This document shows, piece after piece, positions 1 through 10,942 of a DNA stretch of 64,000 bases. The DNA is from Lingula anatina (taxonomy: Eukaryota; Animalia; Brachiopoda): NCBI GenBank assembly GCA_051362555.1, contig CM120641.1, forward strand, positions 35,718,401 through 35,782,400, in the 5' to 3' direction. A program made the position numbers and the translations under genes. The first letter of the stretch is position 1; each line of letters starts with the position of its first letter. The notes beneath the pieces are model-generated. The model did not search any database, was not told the DNA's origin, and worked only from the letters and a program-made list of their open reading frames with translations.

Positions 1-1090
1 GGACATACATTTGATATTACTAGCTACACATTCTTCATACTTGTAATGTTTTTAATCCTTGTGTCATTCCACAGCGTCTTTTTCATTAAATAAAAAACAA
101 CTTGTTATGCAAGTAATTTTTTGCCTTTTTTTTTTTTTTGTTTTGTTTTTCTTTCTTATTTTACTTTTCTACAAATAAATATATATAAAAAAATTAATAT
201 TTGTTTTAATGTCAATGATTTAAAACATTAGAAAATACACATGAAAAAACGAATAATGGTTGATATTTCTATTATTTTACTTCGGTCTGACAGATTTTGT
301 TTCGGTCTGACAAAATTTTCAGGCTTGTCAGACCGAATGTCTGACAGATTTTTTGGCCTTTCGTAAAGTCTGTAAATGGAGGCAGTATATAATTCCAAAT
401 TAATGGATTTGAACACCCTCACATTTGTTATTAAAACTTTTGAGTATGAAAATAATGCCTTTAACACCAACATTTCCTTTTTTTATAATTTTGCAACAGT
501 GTCAACAATTTTATGAGCTACAGTTACACCATGTGATATCATTTAAATTAAGCAAGCTTAGTTTAAGAAATACAAGAACCCTAATACATACTTATTATAT
601 GAGCCTTAAAATGTTGATATAATAAGCTTTTGTCTCTATGTTTATATAAAGTAAAATATAAATTATATAAAATGTGAAGAAAAGTTACTATGGTTAGCTA
701 TGGTTAGTCAAACATTGTGAAAAGAAATAAAGAAATCAGTCTGCTGAGAGCCAAGACTTCCCGACGTGCGGTTAAACTGGTAGATCAGACTTTTCTCGGG
801 CATAGCATTTTGCACTGGATTTACGCCAGCGCAACTGCTACACCTAACTTACAACCGGTTGGTACAACCAGGGAATTATATCCGATATAATTCCCTGGTA
901 CAACCGGGCACTGAGTTTTACAGTCAGTTAAATAAACCATGTAGCAGAAAACTATATGTCTTAGTTGTCTTATTGGTGAAAAAGAAATCTAAGAACCTGA
1001 ATAACCAACAGCCTGGTTATTACACACTGTTCTTAATCTGACTACAAGTATTGTCTATTATTGCTGAAGGTGACTTTGTTTTGTTTTCAG

Positions 1091-1459
1091 CCACTGCTCC
1101 TTGTGGTGCCTCACCAAACATTGCCCAGGCCACAAAGGTATACAGCCGGTGTAGCTCCAGTTGTTGTTTTGTTGGGGGACAGGTAAATTACACGTGCCAA
1201 GCAGGTTACCAGCTCACTGGATTTGAAGGCTCCATAACATGTAACAGTGATGGGAACTATTCTGTAGATGCCAGTGTTGGAACTTGTGTTGGTGAGATAT
1301 TAGATTCTTTAAACCCTGAATTTACCAATGTTTACAAGTTACAACCCTGCTATTTTGTTAAAAACTCCTCAAATTTTGACACTATTTTCTTTTTATCTCA
1401 TAGTTAAAAGTCTTCCTTGTTTGTAAAAATGTAGCATGATTTTGAAGTTTTCTTTAAAC

Positions 1460-1534
<75 letters not shown>

Positions 1535-3122
1535 GACACTTTTTTATATAAAGTTACAGAATATATAAGAATGAGATGTGAAATGTAGTTTGTCTTATTT
1601 TTTGTCTTGTTTTTTTTTTCTTTCCAGCATTATCTTGTTCTAATTACACCCTAAACAGCAACGATCATGTGACAGGCAATGACACCAGTGGAAGCTACGT
1701 GTATGGCACAGTGATAGAGTTCACATGTGAGGACGGTTATGAGCTGGTCGGAGGAGGAGGAGCTACCACAAAACTTGTTAGATGTAGTGCATCTGGAGCC
1801 GGAGTAGACTGGGACTCGACAGTTCCCACATGTCAGGGTATGTTTGCAGGGGCGGTAGGCCGTGTTCTGGGTCTTCCAGAAGACGGTCAGATTTTCAAGT
1901 TTTAATTGATGGGTATCCAATTTTTTCTGTTGGAAGACGGTCAAAAATGGAGTCTTGATCAACAAAGATAATTTGGAAGACTCTCAGAAAATATCTCTGG
2001 ATCCGCCCCTGTGTTTGTACTAAGTATTGTTGTTTTACCCATACCCTGAATATACCAATGTTTACAAGCCAGCTTTTCCATTAAAAAAGAACTCTTTCCA
2101 TTTTGACACTTTTTTTAAATCTCACAGTTAAAAGTCTTGCTTATTGTAAAAATGTAGCATGATTTTGAATTTTCAGAAAACTATTATGTCTAGCCATTGA
2201 CTGTGTCATTTCTGTTTTCATTTTCAGTTATAATTGTTTCTAATTCGAGTAAAAGTTACACATAAGAATGAGATGTGAAATGCAGTTTGTCTTATCTTTT
2301 GTCTTGGTTTTTTCTTTCCAGCATTTTCTTGTTCTAATTACACCCTAAACAGCAACAATCATGTGACAGGCAATGACACCAGTGGAAGCTACGTGTATGG
2401 CACAGTGATAGAGTTCACATGTGAGGATGGTTATGAACTGGTCGGAGGAGGAGGAGCTACCACAAAACTTGTTAGATGTAGTGCATCTGGAGCCAGAGTT
2501 GACTGGGACTCAACAGTTCCCACATGTCAGGGTACGTTTGTACTAAGTGTTGTTGTTTTACCAGTTCTACAAAACCTGAACAGGGTGAAGGAGTGGGCAA
2601 TACAGGTGAAGTAACCATATACATGCATGTATGTGCCAATCAAAATAGTTTTAACCATGTATATCCAATCAAAATAGTTTTAACTTCAGTACCGGTAGTT
2701 CCATGTGTCTGCAGGGGCTCTGTAGTTGTAACATAGATATATTGGAAAGGAGACAGATGGGTACAGATGGGTGTCCCTAAGCATTAAAAAAATCTACGAT
2801 GGAGGTTTCGGTCTTAAATTTCACTTTTTTAAGTATGTTTTTATGTGACATGTTTTTGAGAAAATCCAAAAATATAGCCTACATGTACAGGAACACCTAC
2901 ATATTGTGATGTAAACGCAATAGTGATACGGTTTTTTGAAGAGAACTGGAGCTTAAAGTTGAAAAATCCTGCAAACTGTCATTAAAACTCTATTTATTTT
3001 AATTTTTTTCTTTTGTTCCAGTACCCCAACCTGCTTCCACAGCTGTCAGTAACTACCCAAGAAATGTATTTACTTGTGCCATAATAATATTATCAAACTT
3101 GCTTGTTTACATACAGTTTTAA
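1091..3122 (+). CDS. Gene A (5'-partial): 3 sushi/CCP exons + GPI-signal exon of a lectin-CCP surface protein; tandem paralog of gene B
   Basis: Exons with AG/GT ends, all joined in phase 1: 1091-1291 (CCP1, ATAPCGASPNIAQ...GTCVG), 1628-1837 (CCP2a), 2322-2531 (CCP2b) and 3022-3122 (VPQPASTAVSNYPRNVFTCAIIILSNLLVYIQF*). Internal exons are 201/210/210 nt and keep frame. Near-identical to 13499-15124. The lectin exons presumably lie upstream of the window. AATAAA at 3650. Confidence 0.85.
1462..1517. repeat. (TA)n microsatellite
   Basis: Perfect TA run. A paralogous run lies at 13819-13860 in gene B. Confidence 0.95.
1847..2011. mobile_element. 165-bp MITE (CAGGGGCGG…CCGCCCCTG termini), possibly hAT-like
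   Basis: Terminal inverted repeats, flanked by a TGTTTG duplication. Absent at the equivalent site in gene B (14147). An inverted second copy lies at 18830-18997. Confidence 0.85.
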
Positions 3123-5402
3123 AGGACTTGTTCAAATGCAGCTTTGAAGGATAAGTCAGGATGGTATTTTTGAATATCAAAGACTCTCAGTAATAGATTT
3201 TTTGATTAAATTTGTTGTTGATTTGCTTATGCCGTTTAAATGACCTGGTTGTAGAAAAAAAGTGATAAAAATTGATTATTTAACACAAGGTTTGTTTTAT
3301 TTCAATATATCTGTACAATAATGTTAGGAAAAAGAAAGGAAATAATTATAAAAATAAGAGTACAATATTCAGGCTGGGCAAGAGGAGAGAAGTAAGAGAA
3401 GGTGGTATTTGAAAAGGGGACCCAGTTAGTTATCAGGGTGATGAGGCTCAGTCTTTGAAAGATCAGGCATACGTCTTTTAAATATATATAAGCATTTTTT
3501 TGTGACAATACATCCAATTTTCACATTTTGATTATGACCATTTTTGTATTCAAGCTTCACCGTTTGCACCCATATGTACATACACTGTATATGATAAAAA
3601 TACCCCATTTTGGGTAACTTTTTTCACAGACACCCATAATGCATTACTTAATAAAATGCAATATATACCTGTAGATTGCAAAATAAATTGTATTAAAAAA
3701 CTAAAATGTTTATTTGCAAATCTTGAATGACTCTGCAAACCTTCAATATTTACAAGAGATACAGAATCCGCCTGGGTGTTCTAGTGAGTGGAGTACCTAT
3801 TTACAGGTCTGGCGATGTGACAGGAGGGCCAATAACTGGCTCGTTGAAGGACTGAACACAATGTAGGTGTATGTGGCAGGAAAAAGGAGGCAACTGATAA
3901 ATGTTGCTGATATTTTTGCTGAAATTTCATGCATTTTATCTTAGATTACTAATATTAGACAATGACATGGAGTTGTACTTAGAGTTTAACTGTTGGGGTT
4001 TTCTGCTTTAAAAAGACTATATCTTACGTAATTTCACTGCCATTAAAAAAAAGAAATGTATTATATACTTTCGGGTGATGTCAGGTCAGTTGTGGGATTA
4101 AATAAAATGGTTACGTAACTGTGCGATCATATTTTGTTGTTGGCGGGGGTGGGGAGGGGGAGTCACAACCTGAAATTAAGGTATGCTGTATTTTTAATAT
4201 GATGTTTTTTTTATTTGTAATTTAAAATTATGTGAGTACACTGAAGCCATAACTTGTTAGTGAATCGTGTTATATTAATGATGATTTGAACTCTTGTTCA
4301 ACTGCTCTCATTAATATAATGTTATTTTGTTCTTATTTCCAAATTGCATAGAGTGATAGAAGCGGTTAAACCTGTGCGTATAATTCCATGTTCAGAAATA
4401 AAATTCATGTTATCTTACACAAGTTTTCATGAAAACCTTTACTGTTATCAAAACGGATCAGACTGTCAACTTTATATTACTGATACCTATTTTACAAAGG
4501 TATATGTTAGTAGGCAATGTGTCTTAACTGAGCTTACCAAAAAAAACTTTGTCATCTATTTCTGGTGAATTACCAATAATCTCGTTTTTTTTTTTTTTTC
4601 AGTCTAGAAAGTAAGCCCTTAAACAAAATTGAAACGTTTTTACTCTGACTTTTACTCGCATTGGTAATTGAAAACTATCTAGGCATCCAGCTACATTAAG
4701 CCTATCGTGGGCCAGTAATGCAAGATATAAATGTTATATATAATCCTTGTATTCTCATTATAATATCTGATTTTATCTTGACAAGCATGCACAATGCTAC
4801 CGTGTACATGTCGATCTTTGACACTCTCTGTTAAGTTGCGTTAACATATGCTTTGACAGAGGCAAAACTTAAAAATAGTTTGTGCCAATTCCACGTTAAA
4901 TTAAGCTTTTCATACCTTTCGATTACAATGAAATTCATAACCTTGCAGATTAGATTAAAACAGACCAGATTTAAGTCCCGGACCAGTAAACTATTTTGCA
5001 CATGTACAGTTAGCATGATATTACCTTCTTCGTGCAGGGTCCCGGCGACACCAGGGTGCCCGGCGAAGACGCAGGCACGAAACCGGTCTGATAAACCTAC
5101 CTTTTTTAAGCATGTTTCATTCGAGTCACCAGGAATTGAAATTACTCGGTACTTCATCTAAAACAGTCAAAAATGTCAAAGCTGTTTATTCTTTAATCCA
5201 AGGTCTCCGACCCAAAATACAATTTCACCATATTTTAACCGCTAGCGGTAATGTACTAAATACATTTATGTACACCGAAAATGCGTAGACGTTATATTAT
5301 ATCAATAAATATTAACATTTCCGTAACAACTTATTCTCTTATTAATTATTATAAATTATTGTAAACATTTTTAATAGTTAAATCCTTTGTTAACACTAAG
5401 TG

Positions 5403-5627
5403 AACTAGAAAAGCACTCCGAGAGCGCAGACCTCCGCCAAGGCAGCAATTTTTGATTATTGATTGATTATTGATCCGGATCACCACCAAAAACTTATCAT
5501 CTCTTCCTTGGCCCACTTCTGACAGTTTCATATAAATCGGTCTATAACTTTTTGAGTTATGTTGATGACAGACAGACTAACAAATAAACAAACGGAGTGA
5601 AAACATAACCTCCTTGGCGGAGGTAAC
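5403..5627. mobile_element. Short Helentron-associated (HINE/DINE-1-like) element
   Basis: Subterminal ACCTCCGCCAAGG, inverted against CCTTGGCGGAGGT at the 3' end. An ACAG/AAAC microsatellite precedes the end, and the insertion site is A/T-rich. The family assignment is inferred from structure. Confidence 0.55.
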
Positions 5628-5769
5628 AATGTGATATTGTGTTTTTAACGTAATAGCGGTGAGGAAAAGAACCGTTGGCCTATAATTTAAACTGAAAGCA
5701 TATCCAATGATATCAATGAAGCAAATGCAGTAAGTGTGATATACAGTATATAATTTTACCAGACTACAC

Positions 5770-5937
5770 CAGGCCCGTAGCCAGGGGGGGTTAGGGGGGT
5801 TCGAAAGAACCGCCCCTTTTGCTGAGAAAAGGTCCACTCTGGGTAAAATTTGATCTAGGTACATGAAGTTTTTATGGGAAAGGGTCCACTTTTTCAGAAA
5901 AAGAACCCCCCTTTTGAGATTGCTGGCTACGGGCCTG
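5770..5937. mobile_element. MITE with CAGGCCCGTAGCCA…TGGCTACGGGCCTG TIRs
   Basis: TIRs visible. A second copy at 6978-7154 is flanked by an ACTTC 5-bp duplication. Confidence 0.8.
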
Positions 5938-6591
5938 ACATCAAGATTTGATATACCTTTACTAATGTCACTTGCGTCTTGAGTTTCTTGTTCGGTTCAA
6001 TTACATGTAGGCCTATTTCTGATTGCAAATTCAATTTCCTCTAGTTTTGCCCAAATTAATTTCCGTGCTTGTGTTAGAGGCTTCGCTGTGGGACCTTTTT
6101 GCCGGCTGACTGGTGGATTTCTTATCAGCTGTAATTTTCATTCTGTTCTTGTCAAAGCATTTTGAATTGCTGTTTAAGCTCATGGTGATATATCTAGATA
6201 TAGATAGGCCTATGCATTTTCGAGGCAATAAGGGTGCACTTGAACTATTGCTACCCAGTGAGCAGTACTCACTGATGCACCCGTATTGTTGCGCCTTGTC
6301 ACGATCTATTGTCAGTTGTATAGTGGCAGTATGTGATAGATACAATACGAGTCGCCGAGCTGTACCTGAAATATTACGAGTGTATTGTCGAGCTGCAGGC
6401 GAAACAATACACGAGTAATTTTCACGTACAGTTCAGCGACGAGTGTTTTATCTGGCTTAAACCACGGCCTCTACTACAGTGCTACTAGTGCTGCTGATTG
6501 GCTACTACACTTCCCTTGCGATATTTTACTCATACACGTTAGGGGCCCTTGTGGTCACTTACACACACTGGACAATAGAAGGGGAGGTAAA

Positions 6592-6800
6592 GCCCCCTTT
6601 ACACTGGATGGCGTCCTTTCTGCGCCCAGCAATACGGCCCCATTTGAGAGTTAAAAAATTATAATACTTTACGTGCCGACAACTGGCCGATCATTGAGCA
6701 TTCATTCTGATACAAAATCAATGCTCGTGCCTCCTTATTAAGACCACAGCAATGCCAAATTTCATGGTCGCAGAAAGGACGCCGTCCAGTGTCAAGGGGG
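6592..6800. mobile_element. Harbinger-like MITE
   Basis: TIR CCCCCTTTACACTGGATGGCGTCCTTTCTGCG / CGCAGAAAGGACGCCGTCCAGTGTCAAGGGGG. A further end fragment lies near 62895-62928. Confidence 0.7.
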
Positions 6801-6977
6801 TATAAATGACTGTGGAATGATATGCTCCTGGTATCATTTTATTAACATCAAATTTCACAAAAGAAACGGTTCTGACTGAACAATACATGATCAACTGTGT
6901 CGATATTCTGACATTGCATATATTCCGCCTCTTCAGGTTAATAATTTTGATTACTCTGATTCAGGGGGTGACACTTC

Positions 6978-7154
6978 CAGGCCAGTAGCTGGGAGGGGGG
7001 GGGGGGTTAGGAGGGTTCGAAAGAACCGCCCTTTTTGCTGGGAAAAGGTCCACTCTGGGTAAAATTTGATGTAGGTACATGAAGTTTGTTATGGAAAAAG
7101 GTCCACTTTTGCAGAAAAAGATCCTCCCTTTTGAAATTGGTGGCTACGGGCCTG
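6978..7154. mobile_element. MITE, second copy of 5770-5937
   Basis: Shared interior (GGGTTCGAAAGAACCGCCC…GGTCCACT), TIRs and ACTTC target-site duplication. Confidence 0.8.
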
Positions 7155-7343
7155 ACTTCTATTGTCCAGTGTGTGTAGTCCTGTGTTGGACGATGGAGGA
7201 CAAGGCTGAACACGCCTTTACAGCCCCCCCCTCGACCGAATTCAGTCCCAGCCATTTCGTGCAGCAGCAGCAGCAGCACCACCAGTAGCTGCAGCAGTTT
7301 AGATACTGAGAAGTTCCCCAAAAACACTACTTCTTCTCCCCAT

Positions 7344-7623
7344 CAATGGCGGATTTAAAAGGGGGGAGGGGTCTGACCTCTCCTTCGGTTTCTGATAAAT
7401 ATATACAACACCAACATTCCCCTCTTGAAATTAAAATTTTGACTAGATAAACAATAGTTCTAAACCGTACCGAAGTGCACTGTTTGCTCTCAAAAACACC
7501 CAAAAATTTCTCCAAACCTTTGAACAGGCCCCGAACTCCACACCAAGGGGGCGACGGTCGGTTTCACATGTGAGGTCTGTCGTTCCGCCCCCACCCCTTC
7601 AAATAATCCTGGATCCGCCCCTG
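7344..7623. mobile_element. MITE of the GGCGGAT…GGATCCGCCCCTG type
   Basis: TIRs, flanked by CCCAT on both sides. A related inverted copy lies at 9219-9525. Confidence 0.7.
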
Positions 7624-7789
7624 CCCATCATGTAATGATGATGAGGATACCTTGATACTTCATGTGCCTTCACAGAATAAGAAAATTGTCATTGTCAAAG
7701 AAGGCAGGAAATTTACTTTGGAAGTGTAGATTTTTAAACTTTCGTTTTCACATTCTGTAGGCCTATTGTGAGCAAGTTGTCGTTCAAAT

Positions 7790-8520
7790 TCGAGAACGCC
7801 AATTTTCAGTTTTTGGGTAAATGCTGTTTCGTGATATGTTACCTTTGATCAATTTACACAAAAATTTGGAAATATTACTGATTTTGTTACATTTCAAGGT
7901 ATGATATCCGCTGTAAAAAATACCAAAAAGAGCTTGATATTGACATCAAAGGAAAAAATAGATTATCCATGTTTACCTACACAAATATCGTGGTTGATAA
8001 GATTTAGTAAAGGGTGTAAACAGTTCTATGACTTGCAAGTAAATTCAGACATACAAAGATATAAATCTATGGAAAAATGGGAACTTTTATTAGAAAACAC
8101 TTTTAAGGATAATACTTAAAAAATTAATAGTTTACCATTTACCTGTACAAAAGAAACAAAGTTGGTTCCAGTTCAGAATTATAAACTGAATACTATCCAC
8201 TAGAGATTTTTCGTATAAAATTGGAAAAGTTCCAGATAAAATCTGCTGTCTCTGTAAATCTAATACAGAAACATTACAACATTTGTTTTATATATGTGAA
8301 GTTATAAGAACATTATGGACAGAAATAAATGCTTGGTTAAGACAAAAATTATACAGAAATTTGACTAAATTAGAAAAACATGTTATGTTGGGTTTTACAG
8401 AGAGAATGAACAAGAAGTTAAACTGTATTATTATTATTATTATTATTATAAAATATTATATATACGGATGTGCTTATCAAAACACTCTTCCAGTGTTGGA
8501 AGTAGTAAAGAAATAAATAT
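7790..8520 (+). mobile_element. Decayed L1/Tx1-type LINE 3' end (zf-RVT region)
   Basis: Frameshifted peptide CCLCKSNTETLQHLFYICEVIRTLW…LNCIIII..KYYIY matches the CxxC-x4-ET-xx-HLF-xx-C motif of L1/Tx1 ORF2 C-termini. Confidence 0.75.
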
Positions 8521-9218
8521 AACATTTTTATTTGAAGTCTACTCTTATATATAAGTATAAAGATTTTTGTATCATATTGTATAATAAGATGTTATAATTA
8601 TAGAAAAAATTTCTAATATTCTCCTTCATTCTTTTATTTTCCTCTCTCTTCTTCTCTTCTCCGGTATATAAATAAAAACAATTCACAAAGTTTTCATATG
8701 ATATTTTGTTACTATTTTTTTATTGTGAAATTAAAAAATATTAAAAAAAAAGAGATATCTAAACCACTTAAGCTGAAAGCAATTTAGCGAGAAACCCCTC
8801 GGAGATGGATCGATCAAGTTAGATCGATCTAGGCATGGGAACCCACTTTTACGCTTTTTCCTCGTTTTAAGTAGTGTGTTAATTGTAATGTGCAGTGTCC
8901 AACAGGGGCAGCTGTCCAAAATGGGTCACGAGGCATTTGATAGGCTGGATAGTTTATAGTAATCAAATGCAACACTGTCGTGGTGATTAGGTGCAAATAA
9001 AAAATAAAGTAAAACACAAAAGCATTCAATAAACGTCAAAAATTAAATACAATGTAAGAAATTCTAATAAAATACCAGTATATATACATCAGTACAATAG
9101 GGACCCATAATTAACTTTAAAATATGAAATAAAATGTAACAAATTCTGATTATGCCTTAATTTTAACACATGTTGCTACGTTAAGACTCAAATTCTGAGT
9201 TATGTCATTTGTTATAAC

Positions 9219-9525
9219 CAGGGGTAGATCCAGGATTACACGGGGGGGGGGGGGGGAGGTCTGCGGATGCGAAGCCAACCCTAACCCCTCCCCCCCCCCA
9301 AGGGCTCTCTCCCCCTGGTATGGGGTTAAAAATTTTTGGTATTTTAGAGGGCGAACGGCGCCTTTGATACGGTTAAGAACTATGATTCTAATTTCAAGAG
9401 GGGAAATTCTAATTTCAAGAGGGGAATACATTGTATAAGGGTGATTTTTTTCAGAAATCGAAGGGGGGGGGGGGGGGGGGGCAACCCTCCTGACCTCCTG
9501 ACACTCCCCCTCTAAATCCGCCACT
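9219..9525. mobile_element. MITE (CAGGGGTAGATCCAGG…AAATCCGCCACTG)
   Basis: Imperfect TIRs and poly-G/poly-C interior, related to 7344-7623. Flanks are GTTATAAC/GTTGTAAC. Confidence 0.7.
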
Positions 9526-10942
9526 GGTTGTAACCAAAATTTCTCATGATCAATTATTTTATAGACCTGCTGCGTATAAATGTGACTTCTCAACTGTATA
9601 TTTCTCCAATGGCTCATGAAGTGAAGCTTATCTACTCTTACATTACTGAAAGGACAGAAACGGTTTTCTGGTAATATTTTGGATATACATAGCGCTGTCT
9701 TACAATATTTAAAATCTGAGAGGTGGTTCTAAACCTGGCTACAGGTGGAGATGTTTGTGAGAAGTCAGAGAACCATTTCAGATAATTTTTTTCACTATTA
9801 CACGATTTGAGAAACTTGTAGGAGTGTAACTTTTCAAAAACTTACAATGTCACTATTTTGCCTTAAAAGCGTAGAGAATTATGAAAACGATAGGGTCATG
9901 GAATGGTGTCGTCTTGGATATGGATTCTTTAATTGAGGAGATCAGTTTAGTCGAATAATGGTGGTAAGTCGTCGTCTGCAACCATTTACATTGAGTTAAA
10001 ATGTTTGTTAAACCCGTTTTGTAATCAAAATGAATTTGCAATGGTTTTATTATACTTACAACAACATATTCTATTATACCAATGGTTATTTTTGCATATA
10101 ACAGTGGTCATTATTGCATATATTTCTTTTTACTGTCAAAAAAACTGTAGCCTATCCCTGTTTCACGGCGTCTCATAGCATTATGAAAAGTTTGCAGCAA
10201 TATTGCAGCGTTATTGCTGGAAACTAAAAATATGCAGCAATGAGTTTGCAAGAAAAATTATATTGCTGCTAATTTGCAGCCATATTGTAGCAAATTTGCA
10301 AGAAGTAATTGCAATTTGCAGTGATATTTTGCTAAGAGGGTGACTCTTAGTACAGTACTGTTGCTGTTAGTGCTTGTGAATTGTACCGTTCTACATGGTA
10401 GAGGAGGCACAGTCAACCCCCCCCCCCCCCCCCCAAAAAAAAGGCTTATTGTATGTACCTCTTGTTGATCATTGTGTTGCTTAAGCGGAGGTTTTCTTTT
10501 ATTGTATTTTCCAAAAATGTTATAGAGCGATGGCGAGTGCCGAGAATGAAAGTTGGTTAATCGTGGGAAAAGTACTGTTTACCCTGGGATAAATCAATTT
10601 TGGCATAAAAATCCTCTTTTGTGTCCTTTTAATGTCAGCTATATGTATTTGCAGGTATTCACTGGTAGCTATTTCAGCTCTGATTAATGTTCACTCTTAC
10701 AAGAACGTGTATTTAAAATACTTCTCATCAGAAAACTGTTTTTCAGCGAGTCTCTTTCATTTCAGCCCACTTTCGAGGGAAGCACAGCAGGACGCTCACC
10801 TCCACAACCAGTACATGGCAGTACCCTTGCAGGGATTTCCAAAAGTATACTTTAAGGAGCATTCATATCAAAATGACACTCTACTAGTTCTGAGACATTC
10901 CAGGCATACTTAATCACCCATCTGATGGTCAATTTGTATATC

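Noticed and set aside
7007-7327. ORFs with poly-Q or poly-L suggesting a signal peptide
   Set aside because: They are produced by a short (CAG)n run and an adjacent MITE.
9150-9617. 155-aa proline-rich ORF
   Set aside because: It arises from the poly-G/poly-C tracts of the MITE at 9219-9525.
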